Shown here in pieces: positions 9,632 through 19,219 of a DNA stretch of 64,000 nt. The translations under genes and the position numbers were made by a program. This stretch comes from Actinomycetota bacterium. GTDB lineage: Bacteria; Actinomycetota; Actinomycetes; S36-B12; GCA-2699445. The stretch is taken from NCBI GenBank assembly GCA_029978705.1, contig JAPOIY010000011.1:2865-66864 (forward strand), read 5' to 3'. The notes below the pieces were generated by a model, which saw nothing but the letters and a program-made list of their open reading frames with translations, was not told the DNA's origin and did not search any database. How positions within the stretch are numbered: position 1 is the stretch's first letter; every line of letters starts with the position of its first letter.

Positions 9632-10219
9632 GTGTCAACCTACGCAGCCTCCTCGGACGAGGAGCTGTTGGCGGCGCATGTAGCGGGGGACAGCACCGCC
9701 TTCGGGGAGCTCGCCCGCCGCCACTCCGACCGCCTGTGGGCGGTCGCCCTGCGCACCACCCGCAACCCCGACGACGCAGCCGACGCCGTGCAGGACGCCC
9801 TGCTGTCGGCCTTCCGTCGTGCCCACACCTTCCGGGGAACCGCCAAGGTGAGCACCTGGCTGCACCGCATCGTCGTCAACGCCAGCCTCGACCGACTGCG
9901 GTCCGCCAAGGTCCGCCGCACCCAGCCCCTGCCGGAGGAGTCCGGCGACATCAGCCTGTCCGACGTGCGCGACCCGATCGCGGAGCACACCACCCGGATC
10001 ACCGTCCTGGCCGCCCTCGACGCCCTTCCCACCGACCAGCGCCTCGCCATCACCCTGGTCGACCTGGAAGGGTGGTCGGTCGACGAGGCCGCCGAGATCC
10101 TCGAATGCCCCCCGGGCACGGTCAAGAGCCGCTGCCACCGGGGACGTGCCCGTCTTTACGCAGTTCTTCGGAACCCCGAACCCGAAGCCGGCGTCAGACC
10201 TCCGGGAGGTGAGGGGTGA
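9632..10219 (+). CDS. sigM: ECF RNA polymerase sigma factor (SigM-like by synteny)
   Basis: Region 2 (DAADAVQDALLSAF) and region 4 (EAAEILECPPGTVKSRCHRGRARL) motifs. GTG at 9632 with GGAGGG 14 nt upstream. Precedes the anti-sigma gene and trxB as Rv3911 does. Confidence 0.85.
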   Translation: MSTYAASSDEELLAAHVAGDSTAFGELARRHSDRLWAVALRTTRNPDDAADAVQDALLSAFRRAHTFRGTAKVSTWLHRIVVNASLDRLRSAKVRRTQPLPEESGDISLSDVRDPIAEHTTRITVLAALDALPTDQRLAITLVDLEGWSVDEAAEILECPPGTVKSRCHRGRARLYAVLRNPEPEAGVRPPGGEG

Positions 10220-10851
10220 GACCCGTCGATGACGGCTTCTCGGAAGAGGCCGAACAGCACGTGCGCGACCTGCTGGCGGCGCAGCCGCAGCCGCCCATGC
10301 CGGACCATGTCCGCGCCCGGATCCAGAGCGCGATCGCCGCGGAGCCGCGCCCCGAGTCAGACCGGGCCGCCGGTGGAGGTCGGGGCCGCTGGATCGGTTT
10401 CGCCGTGGCCGCCGCCGTCGTGATCCTTGCCGGCTTCCTGGTCGTCCCGGTCCTCCGCAAGGCCGAAGGACCCACCCTGCCGTTGGATGGCACCACCGCC
10501 CAGACCGCCTGCCCCGTGCAGCCCCTCACCTACGACAGCAAGACGCGGTACCAAGAAGCCGGCCTGCCCACTCAGGCGCGCTCCCTCATCCCACCGGGCT
10601 GCGGTTCCGGTGGAGCTCCCGCGGCGCCTGCGCTCGCGGCACGGCCGGCCGCGATGGCCCCTCGCCTCGCGGCGCGGGTCGTCGCCTGCGTCGTGCGGGT
10701 AGCCCGCTCCGCCCACGTGATGGTGGTGGACCGGGGCTACTACGACAACCGGCCCGCCGTCGTCGCCGTCGTGGAACCGCCGCTGCGCGCCCTGGCGATC
10801 ACCTGCCGCAAGCAAAGTCCGCGGCTCCTGGAGGACGTGGCACTGCAGTAG
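10216..10851 (+). CDS. Anti-sigma factor (anti-SigM-like), single-pass membrane protein
   Basis: GTG overlaps the sigM stop (GTGA). Short cytoplasmic N-terminus, TM helix IGFAVAAAVVILAGFLVV, extracytoplasmic tail. Position equals Rv3912. Confidence 0.6.
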   Translation: MRPVDDGFSEEAEQHVRDLLAAQPQPPMPDHVRARIQSAIAAEPRPESDRAAGGGRGRWIGFAVAAAVVILAGFLVVPVLRKAEGPTLPLDGTTAQTACPVQPLTYDSKTRYQEAGLPTQARSLIPPGCGSGGAPAAPALAARPAAMAPRLAARVVACVVRVARSAHVMVVDRGYYDNRPAVVAVVEPPLRALAITCRKQSPRLLEDVALQ

Positions 10852-10920
10852 CCCCGGAATCAACCCGCCCCGCGGGTCGTTGGGACCGGCGACTAGGCTG
10901 CGCCGCGGGAAGGACCACCA

Positions 10921-11856
10921 GTGACCGATATTCGAAACGTCATCATCGTCGGCTCCGGGCCGGCCGGGTACACCGCGGCCATCTACGCCAGCCGAGGCAA
11001 CTTGCATCCCCTGCAGTTCGAGGGTTCCGTCACCGCCGGGGGCGCCCTGATGAACACCACCGAGGTGGAGAACTTCCCGGGCTTCCCCGAAGGCATCATG
11101 GGCCCCGACCTGATGATGAACATGAAGGCCCAAGCGGAACGGTTCGGAGCCGAGATCCTCACTGACGACGTGGTGGAGATGAGCGTCGACGGGCCGGTCA
11201 AGACCGTCGTCGCCGGCAGCGGGCGGGAGTACCGGGCGAAGTCCCTCATCCTCGCCATGGGCTCCGGCTACCGCGAACTGGGACTGCCCGACGAGAAGCG
11301 CCTGTCCGGACACGGTGTCTCGTGGTGCGCCACGTGCGACGGTTTCTTCTTCCGCGGCCAGGACGTGGCCGTCGTCGGGGGCGGCGACTCCGCCATGGAG
11401 GAGGCCACCTTCTTGAGCCGTTTCGCGGACAAGGTCACGGTGATCCACCGCCGGGGCGAACTGCGGGCCTCTGCCACGATGGCCGAGCGGGCCATGTCCA
11501 ACCCCAAGATCGAGTTCATGTGGGACAGCGCTGTCACCGGCATCCACGGCGAAGACAAACTGACGGGTCTGACGGTCGAGAACCTCCCGACGGGAACGAC
11601 CACCGAACTGCCGGTCACCGGGCTGTTCGTCGCGGTCGGCCATGACCCCCGCTCCGAGCTGGTGAAGGGTCAGGTGGACCTCGATGATGCGGGCTACGTG
11701 GTGGTGCGCCACCCCCACACCGCCACGAACGTGGCCGGCGTCTTCGCGTGCGGGGATCTCGTCGATCACACCTATCGCCAGGCGATCACGGCCGCGGGCA
11801 CCGGGTGTGCTGCCGCACTGGACGCGGAGAGGTATCTGGAGTCCGTCAGCGAGTGA
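10921..11856 (+). CDS. trxB: Thioredoxin-disulfide reductase
   Basis: [13 protein letters not shown] motif, redox-active [21 protein letters not shown] motif. Confidence 0.95.
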   Translation: MTDIRNVIIVGSGPAGYTAAIYASRGNLHPLQFEGSVTAGGALMNTTEVENFPGFPEGIMGPDLMMNMKAQAERFGAEILTDDVVEMSVDGPVKTVVAGSGREYRAKSLILAMGSGYRELGLPDEKRLSGHGVSWCATCDGFFFRGQDVAVVGGGDSAMEEATFLSRFADKVTVIHRRGELRASATMAERAMSNPKIEFMWDSAVTGIHGEDKLTGLTVENLPTGTTTELPVTGLFVAVGHDPRSELVKGQVDLDDAGYVVVRHPHTATNVAGVFACGDLVDHTYRQAITAAGTGCAAALDAERYLESVSE

Positions 11857-11914
11857 CGCTGCCGAACCGGCCACCGGCTGGCATAGGGTGGCGGCAGTCA
11901 ACCAGGGAGGCACA

Positions 11915-12241
11915 GTGGGTGCGAACACCAAGGACGTGACCGACGCGACGTTCACCGCGGACGTCCTGCAGTCGGACAAACCCGTCGTCGTCGATTTCTG
12001 GGCGGAGTGGTGTGGGCCCTGTCGGATGGTGTCGCCCATCCTGGACGAGATCGCCGCCGAGAACGCCGACAAGATCAGCGTCGTGAAGTTGAACGTGGAC
12101 CAGAACCCGCAGACCGCCGCGAGTTACGGCATCGTCAGCATCCCCACCATGAACGTCTACCAGGGCGGTCAAGTGGTGAAGCAGATCGTGGGCGCCAAGC
12201 CCAAGCAGGCGCTGTTGAAGGACCTCGCCGAGTTCCTGTGA
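11915..12241 (+). CDS. trxA: Thioredoxin
   Basis: WAEWCGPCR active site. GTG at 11915 with GGAGG upstream. About 108 aa. Confidence 0.95.
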   Translation: MGANTKDVTDATFTADVLQSDKPVVVDFWAEWCGPCRMVSPILDEIAAENADKISVVKLNVDQNPQTAASYGIVSIPTMNVYQGGQVVKQIVGAKPKQALLKDLAEFL

Positions 12242-13386
12242 CCACTGGCTTCCGACTGGGCGACCGCGGTCCCGCGGTCGCCGAAGTCCGGGCCCGGCTC
12301 GCCCGCCTGGGGCTGCTGCCCGGATCGCAGTACCTCGCGTCGCATGCCGACGAGGACCCGCTGCGCAGCGGCCCTCTCGTGGAGGTGGCCGAACCCGCCG
12401 AGTGGGAGACCACCGCTCTGGTGAGTGCGGAGTTCGACGAGGCCGTCGAAACCGCCGTTCGTGAGTTCCAGCGGCAGCGCGGTATCACGGTCGACGGGAT
12501 CGTCGGGCCGGAGACGTTCCGGCGCCTGGAGGAGGCCCGCTGGCGGCTGGGGGACCGCATCCTGTCCTACGCCGCCGCCCACCAGACGATCGGGGAGGAT
12601 GTGCTCGCACTGCAGCAGCGGCTCAATGCCCTGGGGTTCCCGTGTGGTCGGGAGGACGGCCACCTCGGGCCGCAGACGGACGCGGCGATCCGGGAGTTCC
12701 AGCGCAACACCGGGATCCGGGCGGACGGGGTGTGCGGGCCGGCGACCTTCCGGGCCCTCGGCCAGTTGCGGCGCACCGTCGGTCACCAGTCCGGCCAGGC
12801 CGTGCGGGAGAAGTACTCCATGAATGAGATCCGCACCGGGGTACGGGGCAAGGTGGTGATCCTCGACCCCGGCACGGGGGAGCACGAGTCGGGCGTTGCG
12901 GCCGCGGTGGCCTCGGGAATCGAGGGGCGCCTGCTCGCCCTCGGCACCCAGGTCCTGGTGACGCGTGCCCTGACCGTACCGACGGCGCCGCAGACAGAGG
13001 CCGAGCGCGCCCGGTTCGCCAACCACGTGGGCGCCGACCTCGTCCTGCACATCACCGTCGCAGACGACACGCAGCGGTCCGCCGGCGTCGCCACCTATTA
13101 CTTCGGGCACGACGACGGCGGATCCCATTCACTGCCCGGACAGTTGGCTGCCACGCTCATCCTGGACGGCATGGTGGACCGGACGGACATGCCGAACCGC
13201 GCGCGACACGGCCGCACCTGGGACCTCCTGCGACTCACCCGGATGCCGTGTGTCCGCATCGAGGTCGGCAACATGGCCGTCCCGTCCGACGCCGCGCGGC
13301 TGGCCGACCCGGTCTTCACCGACACGGTGTCGCGGTCCATCGCCGACTCGGTGGAGCGCTTCTTCAGCCCCCAGCACGTTCTCTGA
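12238..13386 (+). CDS. cwlM: N-acetylmuramoyl-L-alanine amidase-like regulator CwlM (two PG-binding repeats plus Amidase_3)
   Basis: GTGA overlap with trxA. Two repeats of ..[22 protein letters not shown].. / ..[22 protein letters not shown].. followed by an amidase_3-like domain. Synteny with Rv3915. Confidence 0.85.
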   Translation: MTTGFRLGDRGPAVAEVRARLARLGLLPGSQYLASHADEDPLRSGPLVEVAEPAEWETTALVSAEFDEAVETAVREFQRQRGITVDGIVGPETFRRLEEARWRLGDRILSYAAAHQTIGEDVLALQQRLNALGFPCGREDGHLGPQTDAAIREFQRNTGIRADGVCGPATFRALGQLRRTVGHQSGQAVREKYSMNEIRTGVRGKVVILDPGTGEHESGVAAAVASGIEGRLLALGTQVLVTRALTVPTAPQTEAERARFANHVGADLVLHITVADDTQRSAGVATYYFGHDDGGSHSLPGQLAATLILDGMVDRTDMPNRARHGRTWDLLRLTRMPCVRIEVGNMAVPSDAARLADPVFTDTVSRSIADSVERFFSPQHVL

Positions 13387-13585
13387 GAAGCCGCTGCCGC
13401 TGCTCCGACAGGGAGGCGCGGTAGGCAGACGCCGGATGGGGGCGCAGCAGGCCCCACCAGAAGCCGGCAACGGCGCCGACGGCGAACGCCACCACGAGCA
13501 CTCGGCCGGGTCGGCTTTGGATTCCTGGCCTCACTCAGGCATCGTAGAACGAGCGCCGCCGCCCGAGTCGTCCCGAGGAGCCCCC

Positions 13586-14899
13586 GTGCCGCCCGAACTG
13601 CCCCCACGTCCCGGCTCCCGCCTGGACCCGTGGATCGGTTCGTACGCCGACCGGGCCGTCGGGATGAAGGCGTCGGAGATCCGGGCGCTGTTCGCCGTCG
13701 CCTCCCGACCGGAGGTCGTCTCCCTGGCGGGGGGCATGCCCTACGTGGATGCTCTGCCCCTGGACACCCTCGCGGACACCGCGGCGCGGCTGATCCGGGA
13801 CCGCGGCGCCTCGGCTCTGCAGTACGGGTCCGGGCAGGGCGACGTGATCCTGCGGGAGCAGATCCTGGACGTCATGTCGGACGTGGGGGTCATCGCCCAC
13901 CCCGACGACGTGATCGTCACGACCGGCTCCCAGATGGCGCTCGACCTGGTGGTGCGGGTCTTCTGCAATCCGGGCGACGTCGTGCTGGTGGAGTCCCCCA
14001 GCTACGTGGGCGCGCTCGGCATCTTCCAGGCCTACGAGTGCGACGTCGTGCACGTCCCGATGGATGAGCACGGGCTCGTGCCCGAGGCCCTCAGCGAGAC
14101 CATCGACCGGGTGCGCGCCGACGGGCGCACCATCAAGATGATCTACACGATCCCGTCGTTCCACAACCCGGCCGGGATCAGTCAGCCGGCCGAGCGCCGG
14201 AAGGAGATCCTGGAGGTGGCCCTCCGGGAGGACCTGCTCGTCCTCGAGGACGATCCGTACGCCCTGCTGGGCTTCGAGGGCCACATCCCCCGGGCCATCC
14301 GCGCTGAAGACGCCGAGCAGGTCGTCTACCTGGGCTCGTTCTCCAAGACCCTGGCATCCGGACTGCGGGTCGGCTGGGCCGTCGCACCGCACGGCGTGCG
14401 GGAGAAGCTGGTCCTGGCGGCAGAGGCGGCGGTGCTGTGCCCGTCCAACTTCACCCAGGGCGTCGTGTCGGAGTTCCTGGCAACGCAACCGTGGCGCGAC
14501 CAGGTGGCGGTGTTCCGCGACCTCTACCGCGAGCGCCGTGACGCCCTGCTCGACAGCCTCGCCACGCACATGCCTCCGGGTACGCACTGGACCCACCCGG
14601 AGGGTGGCTTCTACTCGTGGCTGACTCTGCCCGAAGGCCTGGACGCCACGGCGATGCTGCCCCGCGCCGTGAACGCCTTGGTCGCCTACGTACCCGGCAC
14701 CGGTTTCTACGTGGACGGCCAGGGACGGCGCAACCTCCGCCTCTCGTACTGCTATCCCGAGCCGGAGAGGATCCGCGAGGGGGTTCGCCGGCTCGCCGGC
14801 GTCATCGACGAGGAACTCGATATCAGCGCGACCTTCGGGACCGCGGCCACCCTGCATCAGCCCGGGGGGAACACCGCGCCGGGCCCCGACCTGGCCTGA
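13586..14899 (+). CDS. PLP-dependent aminotransferase, class I/II (2-aminoadipate/MocR-effector-domain-like, no HTH)
   Basis: ASEIRALF..LAGGMPY N-terminal signature and the SFSKTLASGLRVGW PLP-lysine motif. GTG at 13586. Confidence 0.8.
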   Translation: MPPELPPRPGSRLDPWIGSYADRAVGMKASEIRALFAVASRPEVVSLAGGMPYVDALPLDTLADTAARLIRDRGASALQYGSGQGDVILREQILDVMSDVGVIAHPDDVIVTTGSQMALDLVVRVFCNPGDVVLVESPSYVGALGIFQAYECDVVHVPMDEHGLVPEALSETIDRVRADGRTIKMIYTIPSFHNPAGISQPAERRKEILEVALREDLLVLEDDPYALLGFEGHIPRAIRAEDAEQVVYLGSFSKTLASGLRVGWAVAPHGVREKLVLAAEAAVLCPSNFTQGVVSEFLATQPWRDQVAVFRDLYRERRDALLDSLATHMPPGTHWTHPEGGFYSWLTLPEGLDATAMLPRAVNALVAYVPGTGFYVDGQGRRNLRLSYCYPEPERIREGVRRLAGVIDEELDISATFGTAATLHQPGGNTAPGPDLA

Positions 14900-14908
14900 G
14901 AGGTAGCG

Positions 14909-15877
14909 ATGACCGACCCCATCCCCACCGTGTTGGTGCTGTGCGGGGGACTTTCCCCTGAGCGGGACGTGTCCATCCGCTCGGGTCGCCGGGTCGCCGA
15001 GGCCTTGCGGATCCAGGGTCTGGCGGTCACCACGGCGGACGTGGACTCTCACCTGTTGGCCACCCTGACCGATGCCCGCCCGGACTGTGTCGTCCCTCTG
15101 CTGCACGGCGCCGCGGGCGAGGACGGTGCCCTGGCCGACGTCCTGGCCTCGTTCCGGATTCCCTTCGTGGGGTCCCCGGCCGACGCGGCCCGGTTCTCCT
15201 TCGACAAGAGCATCGGCAAGGCGGCCGCCCGCTCATGGGGGGTCCCGACGCCGCCGGCTGTCGCGCTCCCCCACTCCATGTTCCGGGAGTTGGGCGCCAA
15301 GACCCTGCTGGACCGCCTCGTGGCGGAGTTGGGGCTTCCTCTGGTCGTGAAACCGACCCGTGGCGGCTCCGCCCTCGGTGCTTCCATCGTCACCGAACCC
15401 GAGCAGTTGCCCGCCGCCATGGTGGGGGCTTTCGCCTACGGGGACGTGGCCCTGATCGAGCACTGCGTCGCCGGCACGGAGATCGCCATCTCCATCTACG
15501 AGAGCGGCGGTGAGCCCATCGCCCTGCCCGCGGTGGAGATCGTGCCCGATGGCGTCCTCTACGACTACGACGCGCGGTACACCGCGGGACTCACTGAGTT
15601 CTTCTGCCCGGCCCGGATCACGACGGAGACCGCGGCGGCGGCCGCGGACATCGCCTTGACCGTGCACCGGCGCATGGGGCTGCGGGACTATTCGCGGGTC
15701 GATCTCATGGTCGACGGTGCCGGCCAGCCCCAGTTCCTGGAGGTGGACGTGGCTCCCGGGATGACCGAGACGTCGCTGTTCCCCCTGGCCCTCGATGCCG
15801 CCGCCAAGGACCTGGGAACGGTTTTCGCGGGCCTCGTCCGGGCCGCCATCGACCGTCAGTTGGCGGACAGGATCTGA
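14909..15877 (+). CDS. ddl: D-alanine--D-alanine ligase (ATP-grasp)
   Basis: VLCGGLSPERDVSIRSG, LHGAAGEDGALADVL, PLVVKPTRGGSALG and a DLMVD..FLEVDVAPGMTETSLFP tail. GAGG 6 nt upstream of the ATG. The 3' end overlaps the parB 3' end by 22 nt. Confidence 0.9.
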   Translation: MTDPIPTVLVLCGGLSPERDVSIRSGRRVAEALRIQGLAVTTADVDSHLLATLTDARPDCVVPLLHGAAGEDGALADVLASFRIPFVGSPADAARFSFDKSIGKAAARSWGVPTPPAVALPHSMFRELGAKTLLDRLVAELGLPLVVKPTRGGSALGASIVTEPEQLPAAMVGAFAYGDVALIEHCVAGTEIAISIYESGGEPIALPAVEIVPDGVLYDYDARYTAGLTEFFCPARITTETAAAAADIALTVHRRMGLRDYSRVDLMVDGAGQPQFLEVDVAPGMTETSLFPLALDAAAKDLGTVFAGLVRAAIDRQLADRI

Positions 15878-16821
15878 TCGACGATACGGGCCAGGTCCGT
15901 GACGTCCGCGAACTCGATCACCAGCCGGCCCTTCCGGGCGCCTTCGATCCGGACCCGGGTCTCCAGATGCTCACCGACCCGGTCGGCCGCCTCCCGATAC
16001 TCCACTGGCGTCCGTTTACCGGACGGGTTCCGCTTCCTCGGGGTCTGGCCGGCCTGATCGATCACCACCAGTTCCTCGACGGCCCGCACGCTGAGCCCTT
16101 CGCTCACCACCCGTGCGGCCAGATTCTCCATCCGGTCCGGGTCCCCCACCCCGAGGATCGCGCGGGCGTGGCCGGCGCTGAGCACCCCGGCGGCCACCCG
16201 CCGCTGCACTGCGGGCGGCAATTTCAGCAGCCGGAGGGTGTTCGCCACCTGGGGTCGCGAGCGCCCCACCCGCTGAGCCAGCTCCTCCTGGGTGCAGGCG
16301 AAGTCCGACATCAGCTGTGCGTAGGCCGCTGCTTCCTCCAGCGGGTTCAACTGGACCCGGTGCAGGTTCTCCAGGAGGGCGTCCCGCAACATCGCGTCGT
16401 CGTCGGTCCTCCGCACCAGGGCGGGGATCCGCTCGATACCGGCCAGCCGGGCGGCCCGCAGCCGGCGTTCCCCCGCGACCAGTTCGTAGCCGGCGCCAGC
16501 GGGGCGAACGACGATCGGCTGGAGGAGGCCCACCGTGGTGATGCTGGTGACCAGCTCGGTGATGGCGTCGTCGTCGAAGACCTGCCGGGGCTGACGGGGA
16601 TTCGGGACCACCTCGCCGATCGGGATCTCGCGGTACTGCAGCTGCGCGGCCGGGTCCTCGGACGTAGGCACGTCGTAGGCCGTGGGCGCGGTTGGCTCCC
16701 GCAGGTCGATCACGCGGTCCGTGGCGGTGTCCGGGTCAGCGTCGGTGTGAGCCGCAGCGCCGACGCCACCACTGGGGATCAGGGCCCCCAGGCCACGGCC
16801 GAGTCCTCGTCGTTGGGTCAC
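15856..16821 (-). CDS. parB: Chromosome partitioning protein ParB
   Basis: GLGRGLGALIP N-terminus, GERRLRAARLAG ParB box, HTH segment. Confidence 0.95.
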   Translation of the reverse strand: MTQRRGLGRGLGALIPSGGVGAAAHTDADPDTATDRVIDLREPTAPTAYDVPTSEDPAAQLQYREIPIGEVVPNPRQPRQVFDDDAITELVTSITTVGLLQPIVVRPAGAGYELVAGERRLRAARLAGIERIPALVRRTDDDAMLRDALLENLHRVQLNPLEEAAAYAQLMSDFACTQEELAQRVGRSRPQVANTLRLLKLPPAVQRRVAAGVLSAGHARAILGVGDPDRMENLAARVVSEGLSVRAVEELVVIDQAGQTPRKRNPSGKRTPVEYREAADRVGEHLETRVRIEGARKGRLVIEFADVTDLARIVDQILSAN

Positions 16822-16932
16822 GGTGTCCTCCTTGGGGAAACAGATGTGGACGTTGGCGTTCCGGGCACAAGGGCACAGGTGGCCCGAAATGTCGGGAATG
16901 TCGGGGATGTCGGCTCGTGGGGGGGGGAGGAA

Positions 16933-18000
16933 TCAGACATCCGCGGTCTCCGCCCGGGGGGTATCCCCCTGTGGAGAACCTGGGGACAGCGGGGTCTGGT
17001 CCTCGCGGCCCGGGTCATCGGTCAGGTCGATGGCCCCACCGGCGAACTCGCGGGCGGCGGCCAGGTACGCGCGCGCGCCCGGGGATGCGGGGTCGTACTG
17101 CAGCACCGTCTGACCGTAGGAGGGGGCCTCGCTCACCCGCACGGTCCGGGGGATGGCGGTGTCGAGCACCCGTTCGGGGAAATGGCTGCGCACCTCGTCC
17201 GCCACCTGCGGGGCGAGTTTGGTGCGCCCGTCGTACATGGTGAGCAGGATGCCGGTGATACGCAGTCCTGGATTGAGGTGCTCCTGGATGAGAGCCACGG
17301 TCCCCATCAGGTGGCTGAGTCCTTCCAGCGCGTAGTACTCGGTCTGCAGGGGGATGAGGACCTCGTCGGCGGCGACGAGGGCATTGAGGGTGAGCAGGCC
17401 GAGGCTGGGCGGGCAGTCGATGATGACGTAGTCGAGGCGGCCGTGGCGCTTCTCGTGGGTGGCGAGGTACTCGCGCAGCGCCTTGCGCAGCCGCCCCTCC
17501 CGCGCCACCTGGCTCACCAACTCGATCTCCGCCCCCGCCAGGTCCACCGACGCGGAGATCCCCCACAGCAGCGGGATGCCGGGGACCTCCTGCACCGCCC
17601 CGTCCAACGGCTCCCCGCCCACCAGGACGTCGTACACGCCCGGAGTACCGGGCTCGTGCGGGAGGTCGAGGGCGGTGGAGGCATTGCCTTGGGGGTCCAT
17701 GTCGACCACCAGGACGCGGCTGCCCTGCAATGCCAGTCCCGCCGCGAGATTGACCGCTGTCGTGGTCTTGCCGACCCCCCCTTTCTGATTGGCGACCGCC
17801 ACCAGTCGGGGGTGCTCCGGTGCCGGCAGTGGGGGTTGGTCGCGCAGCCCCAACATCCGCACCATGCGCTCCCGGGCCACGGTCGCGGGGTCCGGAGGGG
17901 GCGGCGCTGTTTCACGTGGAACATCACCCGCCTGCGATCCCGTGGTGGCGAGCACGGGAGCCACACAGGCGCCGAGGGGCGGCACGACTTCCCAGGACAT
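16933..18000 (-). CDS. parA: Chromosome partitioning ATPase ParA (Soj)
   Basis: Deviant Walker A NQKGGVGKTTT. ATG at 18000 preceded by GGAGG. The long upstream extension in the ORF track is rejected because it overlaps rsmG. Confidence 0.9.
   Translation of the reverse strand: MSWEVVPPLGACVAPVLATTGSQAGDVPRETAPPPPDPATVARERMVRMLGLRDQPPLPAPEHPRLVAVANQKGGVGKTTTAVNLAAGLALQGSRVLVVDMDPQGNASTALDLPHEPGTPGVYDVLVGGEPLDGAVQEVPGIPLLWGISASVDLAGAEIELVSQVAREGRLRKALREYLATHEKRHGRLDYVIIDCPPSLGLLTLNALVAADEVLIPLQTEYYALEGLSHLMGTVALIQEHLNPGLRITGILLTMYDGRTKLAPQVADEVRSHFPERVLDTAIPRTVRVSEAPSYGQTVLQYDPASPGARAYLAAAREFAGGAIDLTDDPGREDQTPLSPGSPQGDTPRAETADV
17908..17923. promoter_or_regulatory. parS site TGTTTCACGTGGAACA (revcomp TGTTCCACGTGAAACA, 16/16 to TGTTNCACGTGAAACA)
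   Basis: Exact match read in the sequence. Lies inside the parA 5' coding region, where it encodes VPRET. Confidence 0.85.
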
Positions 18001-18035
18001 GCGACCTCCACCCGGACGAACGATTCGCTCCCAGC

Positions 18036-18635
18036 CTAGGTCGGGGGACGGCGATACCGGACGACCGTCGTCGGCGGGTCGGCAACCGCCGCGCCCACGG
18101 TCAGGATCTCGCCGGGTTCCAGGCCGGCACGGGCCGCGATCGTCGCCGCTTGCGCCACTTCCTCGGTCGCGCTGCGGCCCTTCATGGCCAGGACACTGTG
18201 CGTCGTGAGGGGTGCCAGCCAGGGCAGCAACCGCGGCAGGGGAGCGACCGCCCGGGCGGTGCTGATCTCCCAGGTCCGGTCCCGTACGTCCTCGGCCCGG
18301 GTGCGCAGTACCTCCACCCGATCCGTGAGGTCGAGTTCCGTCACCAGTTCGGTCAGGAAGGTGGCCCGCCGCTGCAGCGACTCCACGAGGGTCACCGTCA
18401 GGTCGGGGCGAGTCAGCGCCCAGACCACTCCCGGCAGCCCGGCACCCGAGCCCACATCCACCACCCGGGCTCCGTGCGGGATCAGGCCCGGCTCCCCGGC
18501 CACCACGGCGCAGTTGAGGATGTGGCGGTCCCACAGGCGTGGGGCCTCGCGCGGCCCGATCAGCCCGCGGTCGATGCCCGGGCCGGCGAGAAACTGCTCC
18601 AGGTGCCTGAATGTTTCACGTGGAACGTCGGTCAC
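18036..18635 (-). CDS. rsmG: 16S rRNA (guanine527-N7)-methyltransferase RsmG (Gid)
   Basis: VVDVGSGAGLPG SAM motif. ATGA overlap with jag. Conserved position. Confidence 0.9.
   Translation of the reverse strand: MTDVPRETFRHLEQFLAGPGIDRGLIGPREAPRLWDRHILNCAVVAGEPGLIPHGARVVDVGSGAGLPGVVWALTRPDLTVTLVESLQRRATFLTELVTELDLTDRVEVLRTRAEDVRDRTWEISTARAVAPLPRLLPWLAPLTTHSVLAMKGRSATEEVAQAATIAARAGLEPGEILTVGAAVADPPTTVVRYRRPPT
18612..18627. promoter_or_regulatory. parS site TGTTTCACGTGGAACG (15/16)
   Basis: Read in the sequence. Inside the rsmG 5' coding region, where it encodes DVPRETF. Confidence 0.75.
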
Positions 18636-19219
18636 GCGGGAGTGATGACAACGTACCGCTGGGGTTCGGTGCCCTCGGACTCGCTGGTCAGACCGGCCGC
18701 CGCGACCTCGTCATGCACGACCTTGCGTTCGAAGGGGGTCATCGCCGACATCCGGACCGGCGCACCGGTCTCCTTGGCCTCGGCGATGGCCTGCTGTGCC
18801 ACGCGCTGCAGCTCGGCCCGGCGGGTGGCACGGTGTCCCGCGATATCCAGCATCAGCCGGGAGCGGTGCCCCGTCTCGCGGCTCACCGCCAAGCGGGTCA
18901 GATCCTGCAGTGCCGTCAGCACCGAGCCGTCCGGGCCCACGAGGTGTTCCAGGTCGCCCTTGTCGACCTCGATGACGGCCACGGCCGGGCGGCCGTTCGC
19001 GACGCTGATGTCGATGTCCCCGTCGATGTCGATGATGTCGAGGAGGCCCTCCAGGTAGTCCGCGGCGACGTCGCCCTCGTCTGCCAGGGTGGGGCCCTCC
19101 TCCGACTCGCCGCCTGTCTCCACCGCGACCACGGATTCCGTGGCGGGTTCGCCTGCGGCGCTGTCGATCCCGACCTCTTCGCTAGTTTCTACTACGGTTT
19201 CGGTATCCTCGGCACTCAT
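18632..19219 (-). CDS. Jag/KhpB-type RNA-binding protein (KH + R3H domains)
   Basis: Acidic N-terminus, KH-like core, C-terminal R3H (MTPFERKVVHDEVA). ATGA overlap with the yidC stop. Confidence 0.85.
   Translation of the reverse strand: MSAEDTETVVETSEEVGIDSAAGEPATESVVAVETGGESEEGPTLADEGDVAADYLEGLLDIIDIDGDIDISVANGRPAVAVIEVDKGDLEHLVGPDGSVLTALQDLTRLAVSRETGHRSRLMLDIAGHRATRRAELQRVAQQAIAEAKETGAPVRMSAMTPFERKVVHDEVAAAGLTSESEGTEPQRYVVITPA

Noticed and set aside
16823-17113. A 96-aa ORF containing MSGMSGMS in the parA-parB spacer.
   Set aside because: The peptide repeat simply mirrors the AATGTCGGG DNA tandem repeat. The ORF runs antisense into parA and has no RBS.
16933-18534. A 533-aa version of ParA starting at 18534.
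   Set aside because: The extension overlaps rsmG and is Arg/Gly/Pro-rich junk. ATG 18000 with a GGAGG RBS gives a normal 355-aa ParA.
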